Shown piece by piece: positions 40,270-53,478 of a DNA stretch of 64,000 nucleotides. Source of the DNA: Octopus vulgaris (lineage: Eukaryota); assembly GCA_951406725.2 (NCBI GenBank), contig OX597814.1, positions 155,992,001 to 156,056,000 on the forward strand, in the 5' to 3' direction. The notes below the pieces were generated by a model. The model was not told the origin of the DNA, did not search any database, and was given only the letters and a program-made list of their open reading frames with translations. Position numbers and translations under genes: made by a program. Every line of letters begins with the position of its first letter. Position 1 is the first letter of the stretch.

Positions 40270-40688
40270 TCTTTCATCTTCCACTTGTTTTAGCCATTAG
40301 ACTGCGGCCGTGCTGGGGCACCGATTGAAGGGCTTTTAGTCGGGCGAATGGACACCCGTACATTATTTAAAGCCTGGTATTTATTTTATTGGTAAACTTA
40401 ACTGCTAAGTTACGGGGACATACACGAACCAACACCGGTTGTCAAACGCTAGTGTATACAAACATATACACAAAGACATACGCGTGCGCATGCACGCATA
40501 CACGCACATATATGTACATACACGACAGCTTTCTTTCAGTTTCCGTTCACCAAATCCACTCATAAGGCTTAGGTCGGCCCGGTGCTATAGTAAAAGGCAC
40601 CTACCCAAGTTGCCATGCAGTAAGACTGAACCCCGGAATCATGGGCTACGGAAGCAAACTCCTTACTGTCCAGCCACGCCTGCGCCTT
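40270..40688 (-). mobile_element. tRNA-derived SINE family B, essentially complete
   Basis: Minus-strand head aaggcgcaggcgtggctggacagtaagg...ccggggttcagtc (A- and B-box-like), central (CA/TA) tract, then tail. Confidence 0.8.
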
Positions 40689-40696
40689 ATAAAGGA

Positions 40697-40954
40697 TAAA
40701 GATCCTTCCCGTGTCATATAGAGCCCGTACGGCTGGTTTCTCGGTTTCCATGGTGCAATATATTCCCCGCTAGACTGGACGGGATTACTCATTTTTGCAA
40801 ACTGAGAGAGCTGCAGCAACGTGGAATGAAGTGTTTTCCCTCAAAAACACAATGCATCGCTATGTCTAGGAATCGAGACCACGGTCCAGCATCCATATCC
40901 ACTAAGCCACAGGCCATGAGTCCAATATCCATTTACAGTAAGCCACGCGCCTCC
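40697..40954 (-). mobile_element. tRNA-derived SINE family C with partly duplicated head
   Basis: Minus head ggaggcgcgtggctta..., a second tggcttagtgga, and B-box-like ggtctcgattcc. Confidence 0.7.
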
Positions 40955-41263
40955 GCGTTCAGAATATTTGTTTGTATATGTTTTACATAGAAATTTCAAG
41001 TTTTTCTATAGATTTCGAAGGTTTGTCATTTTTAAAATGGTAGAATGTTATTTCAATGAGTTTTGGCGACTATTTATAGCTGATCGAGCCACTCAGAAGA
41101 GCCCTTTACTTCCCATAATTTGTAATTGAAAATAGTGGGTACTTTTGTATCTATGTCTCATTTCTGTTGTGATCTCTCAATCAATCCCGAGTGAGCAGAT
41201 GTCAAAGGTAAAAAATCCCATTCCTAACGACTATTTTATTTTATGAATATTTAGGATTATATT

Positions 41264-41478
41264 AAAGCAGTGAGCTGGTAAAATTGTTAGCACGCCGAGC
41301 AGAATACTTAGCAGTATTTCGTCCGTCTTTACGTTCTAGTTCAAATACCGCTGAGGTCGACGTTGCCTTCCCTCTATCCAAGTCGATAAAATAAATACCA
41401 GTGGCCACAGGGGGGGGGGCGATGTAATTGACTTGACACATCCTCCGTAATTCCCAGTCTTGTGCCAAAATTGTTTCA
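41264..41478 (+). mobile_element. SINE family A
   Basis: gagctggtaaaattgttagcacgccg...gaggtcgac...gtcgataaaataaataccag. Confidence 0.8.
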
Positions 41479-42506
41479 TGTTTCCTGTCACATTGTAATT
41501 CGATAGGGGCTGATACCAGAGAGATTTGGCTACTATGTCCAGCGACAATATCTATCAGGGTTAAATGAGGTGTACTTGGGTATCTCTTAATTTTTGTACA
41601 TAAAGTTAATTTATTGATAGAGTATATCAAACCAGTGTAGTTGGTATTACTTTACATCATTAGGACTGGACTGAAAGTGATGTCCTATCACAAGAGTCAT
41701 TCCCACCGTGCCATACAGCCTTTACTTGTACATATATGTCCGTGTATTGTTTGCATTTCTGTGTGATCATATATGTATGAAGGTATGTATGAATTGTGTT
41801 GTATTATATGGTATTGCATTGTATGCATGATACAAATGTCAATAATTCTCTATCGATCGGCCTGTATTGCCGACAATAATCTTGTTCGAACGTAAAGAAT
41901 ACTTAAGAGCTCGACTAAACTTTCAATTTTGTCGTTTATGTCCCATTGAGACCGTGTTATTTGATGATTAACAATAGGTATCAAAGGGTTAACATAAACA
42001 TCACTCGAATATGTATAGTAAGTTTATGAGGATTCAATGAGATTCGGTTATGATTGATCTACTTCTCGTCAGAGTTCATTTAACAAAGATTCCCGAGACG
42101 ATTATTGACACAAATCTGATATGAAATTTATTAATTCGAAACAATCGTATGTTCGATAATAGAATCGTTGTACGAATAACATTAGACTTCTCGGATTACA
42201 TTCTACAGCAACAGCCTATCTGTTTAAGAAATAAACATATTGATACTGCGCATATGTATAACTATATATTTATATAAACATCAAACTACATATATATGTA
42301 TGTATAATTGTATGCATGTATGTATCTATGTATACATGCATGTATATTTGCATCGATGAATGATTGAATAAAACTGGAACTTCGTTTTCTTGTTTCCTCA
42401 AGAAAAACTGCTTATTGTCATTGTTCTTTTGAATTTCTTTTACTTATCTGTGATAGTACTGCTACGTAGCTTATTCTGTTCCTTGGTGCTTATTCTGATC
42501 CTTAAC

Positions 42507-42596
<90 letters not shown>

Positions 42597-42695
42597 GATA
42601 ATTCTTTGTAAACAATCATGGTTCCAGGAGGTCGAAATGATCCAGTATGACAGTTATGGAATATCTATCTGTTTGTCTGCACATACATACATTTT

Positions 42696-42754
<59 letters not shown>

Positions 42755-42787
42755 TGCGTGCGTGCGTGTGTGCATGTGTGTGTGTAT
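42507..42787. repeat. (GATA)n (42507-42595) and (TG)n (42698-42787) microsatellites
   Basis: Directly visible. Confidence 0.95.
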
Positions 42788-42925
42788 ACAACGGGCTTTT
42801 AATTTCCGTGTACCAACTCCACTCACAAAGCTTTCGACGACACTCGCACAAAATGCCACGCAGGGAACTGAACTCGGAAATATTGTTTAGAAGGAAACTC
42901 ATTACCACAAAGCTACGTTGTCGGA
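42785..42925 (-). mobile_element. SINE family B head fragment
   Basis: tttccgtgtaccaactccactcacaaagctt...tgccacgcagggaactgaac. Confidence 0.6.
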
Positions 42926-43429
42926 GATAAGTAAAATAAATTTAAAAAGACAGTACATACATGCACTATATACAGTCTCAAACGCGCACGCATGTGCATG
43001 GAGACGCACGTTCACACCCAACCAACCTTCCACACTATCCCTTAAAATAGCAAACATTTCTTAGCTACACACAAGACAGAAAATATCAGATAGGCAGGTC
43101 AGTTATTCCTCTACCACACAAACATGATTTTTATTGAACTCAAAATACTTATTGTATTTCCTTTCATGAACACTTTCATGTAAACTGTTTTTAACATTCT
43201 CTTATTATTATCAAAAACTGTATAACTGTATTTTGATACCTTTGTGATAACCATTTTTCATAACTACAAAACTTATTCAAAACTTACGTTTTACTTTTGT
43301 TAATCCTTTTCTAAAATAATGAAACCGGTCAAGTCAATAAACCTCTCTAAAAGACCTTTACATTTCAAACCTTTTTTCATATATATTTTCACTCATGCGG
43401 TACCTTACAACTTTACTTTGTTTTATATA

Positions 43430-43483
<54 letters not shown>

Positions 43484-44533
43484 GTATGTATATATACATA
43501 ATATATATGTACGCATGTATGCTAGTGTATATATATATATATTGACACTCAGCTGGTGATTCAATCCTTCGATCGATATGATCAATCAGGGAATAGCAAA
43601 AATGATTGATGTGTGACCAACAGAGGTTGTGGTAAGAAGTGTTTGTTTTATCTTTTCGACTGTCCAAACTACTAGTGCAAAGAACGCAAAGTAAATAAAT
43701 AGATCTGAACATTGACATTTCTTGTAGAGTATATAAAATATACGAACAGTTTTTCAGATTCACCCCATTTCTTTGCAAGTTTAATATGTAGACCTCAGTC
43801 TAATGCAGCCGCTAAATACTTAATAGGCTTTTAAAATCATGTTAGATTTACGAAACCATCACCCTTTAACACAAATATTATACTGGCTACTGTATACTTT
43901 TTATTTATAAATAAGAAAGCAGATGTGCCGTGTTTATTTTCAAAGTCAATATTGTTATTGTAAATACAAGTAAACGCTTAAACTTCCGCACAAAAAGAAA
44001 TATAGACTTTAGCGGATTGTTGGAATAAGCTTAACCACAATTCCTTGATAGATCTGCCATGTAAAGCTAATCTTACTTCTAAACTGCAATGGAGATCAGC
44101 AAGGTAAAAACAAAAATGAATATTCTGAATGTTAAGCGAGATTATCCGTTAAAAAATATCTACTGATATACCCAAGGAAAGCTTTACTGAAGAATTTGCA
44201 AGAAATTCTACTCTTGATATTATTTATGGTGATTCAGTAGAAATTATATGTGATTTGCAAGTGACCTCCTTGACTCGGTTTCAATCCATATTAACATTTT
44301 TGATTCCACCAAGCGAAGATGTAATTTTTTTCATTGATTTTGAATTAGTTGTAAGAAAAGAAACATACAAGCAAACATACCACTGTAACACCAAAATAAT
44401 ATATAATTCCAAATATAGTAATATTATATTCTGTAGATTCGGGTAAAATCATAACTTGCAACTGAAATTAGCTTGATTGAAACTTTAGAAGCGCCTGTCG
44501 AAAGGATTACATCTGTAATTTAAAAACTGTGTC

Positions 44534-44617
44534 AATCATGTTAAGGGTACGTGTGTCTACACACGTGTCAACTGCGAGAATCATGTTAAGGGTACGCGTG
44601 TCTATACACGTGTCAAA
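44534..44617. repeat. 45-bp tandem duplication with internal hairpin
   Basis: aatcatgttaagggtacg(t/c)gtgtcta(c/t)acacgtgtcaa at 44534 and 44579. Confidence 0.85.
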
Positions 44618-44644
44618 CTCTTACACATTAATTAAAGAGAAGAT

Positions 44645-45337
44645 AGCCAGATAAATGGTAAGTCTAATGTTAAGTTTACGCAGTTTGATATCGTGGGCTT
44701 TACCTCCAACCCACCGACATCGAGACCTTTGCTAGATAAAGGAATGGAGTTGGCTAGAAAGCAAATCAACTATTACCTAACAGAAAATACGTTCATCAAG
44801 CAAGCACGGAAAGTTTTCTCTTTTGAAAGTCTTCAGTATTGATCAATAAATACAAACTGGAAAAATTGTGTGATGGATTCATAGCTGCTTGTTTTTCTGG
44901 GATTTGTCAAATTGATGTAGATGACTCTCACGAGAGTCCATTAAAAATTGAAAATCTATTAAGGTTGTTTATCATGTTTTCAATCTACAGAGAAAGGGCT
45001 TAATTAACCCTGTTTATTTAGGTGGTATATAGTTTACATATATTTGATCTAGTTGGGCTTTTAAAAGGTACACAATAGGTTACATTTACGTGATATTGTT
45101 GGGTTTTAAAATAGATATCCTAAAAACCGCGTTCACTTCTCAAGATAATGAATTTTACCTAGATTAAGCAATAGAAAAATCTCGTGGCTGTGGTACCCAT
45201 ACACTAGATAGCTTTAGGAAAATCTAACTGTTTTTAACAATATAGGTCACTAAATCACAGTAGCTACAAACCTCGCTAAAATAACTTCTTAGCTGCTTCC
45301 TTGGACCTAGCTTTACAGATTTGTAAACGCTACCATA

Positions 45338-45417
<80 letters not shown>

Positions 45418-45760
45418 TTTTGCGACCAACCTGTAGTCCTAAAAACAGTATAATTAAATTTAAGTAGGATTTCTAAACTTCCTTCATCTAAAGAAATTTT
45501 CCGTAAGATAGCCCCGAAATCTAGTAGCACTCTGGTTGACCGTGGATTTAAAGAGAAGATATTCTCCACTCCGATCAAAATAAAATAAACCTAAAGTGCA
45601 TCCAGGAAAATTATGATTTGATTTCTCTTTCTCGTTGAATATCCAGACTAACAATATAGGTAAAAATTCCCCCAGCACTGATATTTCCTTGACACGCATA
45701 GATAGAACAACATTTACAATAGTTGTTCCGTGAAAGTTTCCTACAGCTGCGACTCTGATA
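44645..45760 (+). mobile_element. Degenerate Penelope-like reverse transcriptase relic, interrupted by (TA)n at 45340-45414
   Basis: KSNVKFTQFDIVGF...LLDKGMELARK...IKQARKVFSF (cf. F++FDI.+FYPSI...LL..A+..A...I...RK.+LF), IYRE (cf. LYRDD), TNNIGK and VKVSYSC at ~45729-45749, all in PLE order. Confidence 0.65.
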
Positions 45761-46958
45761 TCACATGAGGCAACCAAAATTCACATCCAACTGCAAAGTT
45801 GGATTCCGACACATTTATGATGATGTTGAATCTTTGTATGAAAGACGGCGATTTTACTATTTTATTGGGTATTAAATCTCTCTCTCTTACACACACACAT
45901 ACACACACACACACACATCATAAGAATCTAGTAACTTCGAAAGACTCCAAGTAATTCGTTTTTGATAGATAACACTATGTATAATGGTATGTAAATAATG
46001 GGTTAAAAATCCTTTTGAAGAACCAATATTTTCCATGCTATTATTTATACATTTCTCTACTTCAAACTCCACCATTAGAAACGAAGTATGTGTGTGTACG
46101 TGCGCGAGTGAGAAAGAGGCAGAGAGAGAGAGAGAAGTGCTGTGTGTATAGCAAATAAAGTTTGGAAATTCTAAAGATGGAGTAGATATAAGAAATCATT
46201 AACCACCAGTTTCTCATCGTTAATTCCCAACGCGACCTTAACAGCAATTTTATATCAATAATAGTTTATAGTCAAAAATTTCCTCCTTATAGTTATCGTT
46301 ATCGAATACAATGTCTGAATTTAAACACCTTATCGCAAAATTTATCAAATTCTCTGATTGATTCTTTAAAAAAATACAATGCTTTAACGTCAACTAAAAT
46401 CATGACAAAAGATCCTAATGGAATGTCGACTCTCCCTTATCAAATTGTCAATATACAATTCATAATGGTTGTTTTGTTATTGATTCAATTTGATTATTTC
46501 AACGAATGTGACAAGGAAATCTATGTTTCACCGTTTTATTATGCTTAAAATGTTCGTGGTACATACTTATAGTGCATTAGACAGATTATATTTTTATATC
46601 GTTTATTATAGACTGCTCTGAATTCCAATATTCATAAACATTTCAACGCATTGATTCATTTATGAGGTGTTTAGTTGATCTGTAACGGAGGCATATTTGA
46701 ACTGAGATGATGTATCAGAATTAAGTACACAGAGTATTACTTAATATTAAATACATCAGAAATAAATTGTCTCATTTGAAACCTTTTACGTTCTATCCCA
46801 GTGAAACTGTAAATGGGCGAGAACTGATTTGTATAAAAAGAGTTAATGACTTAGTAGTTATTGTAACCAATTTAGTTTCTTTACATAATAAATCAAAGAA
46901 ACTAGATCAAGAGAACATAGTATTCAAGTATGGATTCATATTCGATTGCAATAAAACA

Positions 46959-48035
46959 TCTATATATATAAAACTCAACTTGTGTGTCTGTGTGTTTAAC
47001 TTCCCGGCACACCTCCTCCTAGCCAACAAAGCGTAGAACCACCAAAAATGGGTCAGTTAAAGTTTAGGCGAATGAAAATTGAACTGCGCTATTTCTGTTT
47101 CGAAATTCATCTCGCAAGTGCAAAAATCGATAATGTGTTTGTTTAGGCCTTATCCCATGCATTGAATAGTGAGCTTACTCAGTCAGCTGTTTGACGTGAA
47201 CTGTGTTCACCACGCGTGCAAGCATGCGTAAATTGCATGAAAAATAAAAAATCAAGATATAAAAACGAATCGCCGTAAACATTGTAGAAATTCGGCAAAG
47301 AAATGAATTTTCGGACTGTAGCCTGGAGGGTTTTTTCGTATTAATCGTTTGGACTTTGTGAACACATACCAATTGTTTTCATAACATTTTTAACACTATG
47401 AATGAAATGTGACCATTTTGCGTTGAGTCTGCAGTTTGAATCACTTTAACCAAATTTAGCAGGCCGGATTTTTGATCATCACGATACATCGCCAGCGACT
47501 CCCCTGAAACGCTCTCCTGAAATACCCGTTGAGAAATCTATATATATATAAAACTCAACTTGTGTGTCTGTGTGTGTATCTGTGTGTGTGTCTGTGTGTT
47601 TAACTTTTGGATCTACCAAGTTTCATTATTAAGGATGGAAAGTAGTGTGTAGCAAATCTATATATATAAAGCTGAAGTTGTCTGTGTGTGGCAGGTTTGG
47701 TAGACTTCGACAAACACTATCCCCTTCGAGACCCTGCAGCGCAAGTTCAGAGTATGATAGAAGAAGGCTTGCTCTTCATTCTGTAGATAATAAAATTCAA
47801 ATCGGACCATGTTAACACCAAAAATTATTTACATCAAAAAGGTGCTTTTTTTCTATGAAAATCCCTATATTTTAAGATTTTTGACTGCTGTGTCACCATT
47901 TTTCGGTGTATTTCAACTGGAAAAATGTTCACTTGAAGAGAATAACAAGTTGCATAATGCAAAATTTTTACTTTTCAAGAATTCCAATTCTAAAGGGTCG
48001 AAACAAACCCCAGCAACACCGGGTGATACTGCTAG
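46959..48035 (+). mobile_element. Composite non-autonomous Helitron with three stacked 5' ends
   Basis: A|TCTATATATATAAA starts at 46959, 47537 and 47657. There is a single 3' end with an imperfect GC hairpin (accccagcaacaccgggt, 48007-48024) followed by CTAG|T at 48032-48036. Confidence 0.8.
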
Positions 48036-48369
48036 TTATAGATAAAGGAATATCCAGTTCTGAGGAGGTAGTATAAACATATTAATATTGGATATTTAAT
48101 GAGCCAAAATTTGCAAGGGTATTACGTCACTGCTTGATCAAGATAGTGTTTTCGTTCAATGACGAACGTAAAATATATCAGAAACACACGTGTTTCCGCT
48201 GTAAATTAATATTATTTTCAATATAAATATTCGTAGTTTTTGTGCTTAAATATTTTGTGCTTGAATATTTTTAGACATGCAATGTATTTTCGTAACTCTA
48301 ACTTTTATTGCGCATACATTTATAATTATATGAAATCTATATTACTGTATATATTGGGAAATATTCACT

Positions 48370-48890
48370 AAGTAGTGGTTGTAATGAAATACCTTAAGAG
48401 TGGGATTACTGACACGGATGAGCGATGACTGTAACCATAGAGTGAAAGTAGTTGAAACAAGATCTCAGTGGTGGTATCTAAAATATCTAAGCTTGTAAGA
48501 TATCTTTATAGAATATTTTAGAATTTTTGATAATGGTACAGCTCGGTGTTGGCTTTAATGACAACTCAATAGTGGTTATAATGAAACAGTAGCTTAATAC
48601 CACATGAAATGGTTCAAATTTGTAGTGATTGTGATGAACCAAATCCGTAGTGGGTGTAATGTCTCGACTTTTATGGATACGGTATTGGTCTTATTGATAT
48701 AGTTCTGTTAGATTTATTCAAAACAGCTTAGTGGTGGTTGTAGTGAAATGTGCTTGTAATGAAATAACTTCGCCGTGGTTCCTCATACAACTTAGAGAGT
48801 GTTGTCGTGATGTTGTTCCTCAGAGTTTTATAGAATTATGCATTTGCTAGAATGACAGCTTAAGTGTTTGTAATAAAGCAACTCAGCGGT
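48370..48890. repeat. Degenerate ~25-bp minisatellite (approximate consensus AGTGGTTGTAATGAAACAGCTC)
   Basis: Variants at ~48374, 48571, 48624, 48649, 48730, 48753 and 48863. Confidence 0.6.
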
Positions 48891-49089
48891 GAGAAAGCTG
48901 AACCAGCGTCTTCAAATATTAAGCATGAGGTGTTTGTTTAACAGACATGTATATAGATATATACATACATCACGTGATTCATGTTTATATGTATGTATGC
49001 GCGTGGCTGTATTTGTATTACAAATATGCTCTATCTATCTATCTATCTCTTTCTACCTATGTATCTACCCATCTGCCTATATATACATA

Positions 49090-49740
49090 TTGGCTTGTCC
49101 GGAAAGTTCGTGTCGATTTATAGTAGCTTACTTTTCGACTTATTTTAGAACATGGTTGAGTCTATCAAATAGGATTTTACTACAACTCCATTTAGAGCAC
49201 AGTTTAAGCTATCTTTTCGCGGAAGAAGGTTTATGTTCCTATAACCTGTGTTAATTCTGTAACCCTTTGAAATGGAAGACGAGAAAGTTCATTTTCGGCA
49301 CTTGATGCTTTTCTTTTCCCGTAAATGGAAAAAAAACCCATACAAGCAACCAAAGAAATATGCGCAGTTTACGGTGATGTTTCTTTATCCGAAAGAACTA
49401 CCGAAGTGGTTCGCAAGGTTTGGAACTGGAGATTGTAGCCTTATTGATAAAGGGCGATCAGGCAGATCATCCACTACAGACGATGACCAAATGAAGTCAT
49501 TAATTGAGACTAACCCACATTGCACAACCCGAGAATTGGCAGAAAGCCTCAACCTATCAAAATCCGTCGTTCATGAGCACCTGGTAAAGCTTGGGTACAC
49601 AAATCGCTACGATGTTTGGGTACCACATGAGTTGAGTGAGAAGAACATTTTGGATCGCATTTCCATCTGTGATTCGTTTTATAAACGGAATGAAAACGCG
49701 CCTTTTTTTAAAGCAAACTGTGATAGGTGATGAGAAATGT
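49090..49740 (+). mobile_element. 3'-truncated mariner transposon (mellifera-subfamily-like by recall) with transposase pseudogene from 49272
   Basis: TA followed by the TIR-like ttggcttgtccggaaagttcgtgtcgattt. MEDEKVHFRHLMLFF...KWFARF...RSGR...TTRELAE...WVPHEL...GDEKC with frameshifts. It ends just after the first catalytic Asp and has no right TIR. Confidence 0.9.
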
Positions 49741-50760
49741 GTATGCATTGCATACACTTATGTCCAGGCCATATATGTTATGATAATGAATAAGAACTAT
49801 TACCGTTAGTTATTCGTCAGACAATAATTTTGGTTGTTATATAATAGGTTATTATACTGAAAGATGGAATAAACCAAGTAGATGAGCGGCTAACCTACGC
49901 CAATCCTGCAGCTGTAGCATTCTGAAGAACTTTCCACTTAACGTTTCATGTTTGGCTAAGATGATATTATATAGCACTAAGTTAATAATAAATAATAACA
50001 GTAATTCAAATGTAGGTACCACGCACATAAGCGTTTATTTACCAGCTTTGCTGAAAATAGGTTGCAGTTTTGATGAAATTCATGTGGTTCTTACATGAAA
50101 CAAGCTCTCACGCTAATAACTGTAGGAAAGAAAACGTCAAATATGAAATAACGGGCACTTTTTCTTTTTTGAAAGGTCAGAGTGTTGATTTAAGGCAGTA
50201 AAGGGTTCATCAAAAGATCAGAAATACTAGCACCTTGTATCATGTAAGTTGTAGCACTTTTTTACCTGGTTTAGCGAGGAGCGTTTATTTTGAAGTGAGC
50301 GCTTTAAAGAAAGGTTAAACACTACGTGAATTTCGGAAGGGAGGAGCTTTTAAAGTGCCCCACCCCCTTGCATGAAGTTTTCATACCACATACAACGATA
50401 CATATAAGTGTAAATATGTTTTGATTATTGGCTTTCTGTATTCCAACGATAACCAAGAACTAGAGAGAAAGCGTTACAATGAAACAGACATGTTTGTGTA
50501 TGACACTGGAGTGTCTCTGTAGAAAGTATCGAGATAAGGGTTTCCAAAGAGTTTTCATGTTTAGTTGTTCTTTTTAAATACATTTAAACACACGATAATT
50601 CAGGATCAGAAAGTCAGTTGAAAAATCAGAAACACGAAAATCGGAATACTGGCATATTTGTTCTATTCAGATATATCATATTCAGCAATACTCAATATTT
50701 CCGTATTGGATTTTGGAATCATTCCTTCTTGGCGAATAAAAGAAACTTATATACGAGCGT

Positions 50761-51252
<492 letters not shown>

Positions 51253-51735
51253 TTTACGTAACTTAGCTACGTATTTCTTGATATAGATATATATGCATAT
51301 ATAAATGTCTGCGTATATGTGTGCGTGTGTGTATGTGTGTATGTCTGCGATATCCCTTCATAAAATGTTTTCCCTTCGTTTCACTAATACTCTCCGCAGC
51401 TTGATGTATATTTATTGCCCTACTTTAAAATTATATGTCATGATAAAAGAGATGACTCTATCAGTAAAACATACCTACAATTCATTAAGGACAGAAAATA
51501 TAATAACTCAAATATATTCGTCTACTACTGTGTAATGAAACCTTTCAGCTGTCCCTCCACCTCTACATCGATATTATTTAATTCCAGTGTTTTGTTTTAT
51601 GATACGCGATTATCTCGGAGATAAATCGTAAATTTGGCTAAATATACAGGAATTTATCCAGCGGTGCATGCGCACATACACAGTTGTGCGTGTGTACATA
51701 CACATATATATGTATTTATATGCATATATACATAC

Positions 51736-51778
<43 letters not shown>

Positions 51779-51826
51779 TAGATATATGTATATATATATG
51801 TATGTATATATATATGTATGTATATA

Positions 51827-51886
<60 letters not shown>

Positions 51887-51890
51887 TATA

Positions 51891-52673
51891 TAACATAAGG
51901 GGCATCAGCCATCTGAATGTGGCTAGCGACAGGGCAGGGCGGTGAGGGTGTTACTGATGCATTTAGCCCCAGGCGATCATCAACATCACCAGGAGGGCTG
52001 ACACCATCTCGGTGTCCTCTAGCCTGCAAAGGGAGAATATTCCCCGAGACGCGGATGCTACATACGGACCAGGTTTCAATGTATTTGCCTATTATCAACG
52101 CATGGTAAGCACCGCTCTCCGACGAATAACTCTCTGTACAGGCTATATATTTAAGGTTTTCACAGTAAACACATTTACTGATGTAGAAAATCCGTTCGAA
52201 AGCAATAATAAATCTCTAAACGAGATATAAACAGTAACTGCTCTATAACATAAGGGGCATCAGCCATCTGAATGTGGCTAGGGACAGGGCAGGGCGGTGG
52301 GGGTGTTACTGATGCATTTAGCCCCAGGCGATCATCAACGTCACCAGGAGGGCTGACACCATCTCGGTGTCCTCTAGCCTGCAAAGGGAGATCATTCCCC
52401 GAAGACGCGGATGCTACCATGCGTTGATAATAGGCAAATACCTTGAAACCTGGTCAGTATGTAGCATCCGCGTCTTCGGGGAATGATCTCCCTTTGCAGG
52501 CTAGAGGACACCGAGATGGTGTCAGCCCTCCTGGTGACGTTGATGATCGCCTGGGGCTAAATGCATCAGTAACACCCCCACCGCCCTGCCCTGTCCCTAG
52601 CCACATTCAGATGGCTGATGCCCCTTATGTTATAGAGCAGTTACTGTTTATATCTCGTTTAGAGATTTATTAT

Positions 52674-52675
<2 letters not shown>
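51891..52675. mobile_element. GC-rich ~355-bp unit: direct partial tandem plus 215-bp-arm inverted repeat, embedded in (TA)n
   Basis: taacataaggggcatcagcc at 51891 and 52246 (period 355). Arms 52203-52417 and 52461-52675 are reverse complements with a 43-bp spacer. Confidence 0.9.
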
Positions 52676-52729
<54 letters not shown>

Positions 52730-53079
52730 GTATACGTACGCGTGCAATTTATACATATATTCATTTGTTCACGTATGAATATAGTTACATACATACGCAC
52801 GTACATCCATATGTATGTGTGTATGCATGTATGCATGTATGTAAGTATATACTCGCATATTTAACAGCTGCAACTGAGTAGCATCTCCAGTCGTGTACGA
52901 ATTCGTATTGTGTATAATACTCTCGCTATTATAGGTGTCCACGCGAACGAGTGCTGATAAAGATGACTTATCATCTTTGACTCAGCGGGATGTCCAAAAA
53001 CTGAATGACACATTGGTTATCAATCCTGAAAAGACGGTTGTCAAACTTCGCCACGTTCATGAATTGGAAGCCTAACCGA

Positions 53080-53277
53080 ATATTGGTTTCATATTTTGAC
53101 ATAAGGCTAGAAATTTCGTGGGGGGGGGGAGTAAGTCTATTACATTGACCCCCAAAGATCAATTGGTAAAAAGTAAAGTCGACCTCAGCGGAATTCGAAC
53201 GCAAAATATAAAGACAGACGAAAAGACCGCTAAGCATTTTCTCCGCTGTGCTAACGATTCTGCCAACTTGCTGCCTT
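53080..53277 (-). mobile_element. SINE family A
   Basis: Minus head aaggcagcaagttggcagaatcgttagcac...gcttagcgg...gaattccgctgaggtcgacttt. Confidence 0.85.
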
Positions 53278-53362
53278 AAACAAATATTGGAATGCGATTT
53301 ATCAGATGTACTAAGAATTCAGCCAGTAAATAACATTATATATTGACAAACACGATACATAC

Positions 53363-53443
<81 letters not shown>

Positions 53444-53478
53444 TACTTTATTTAAAAGCAGCAGAAATTCAACAAAAC

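Noticed and set aside
52175-52676. Two opposite-strand ORFs encoding the same peptide ([19 protein letters not shown]...)
   Set aside because: This is a by-product of the DNA palindrome. The ORFs end in microsatellite, copy 1 has a frameshifting indel, and there is no recognisable domain.
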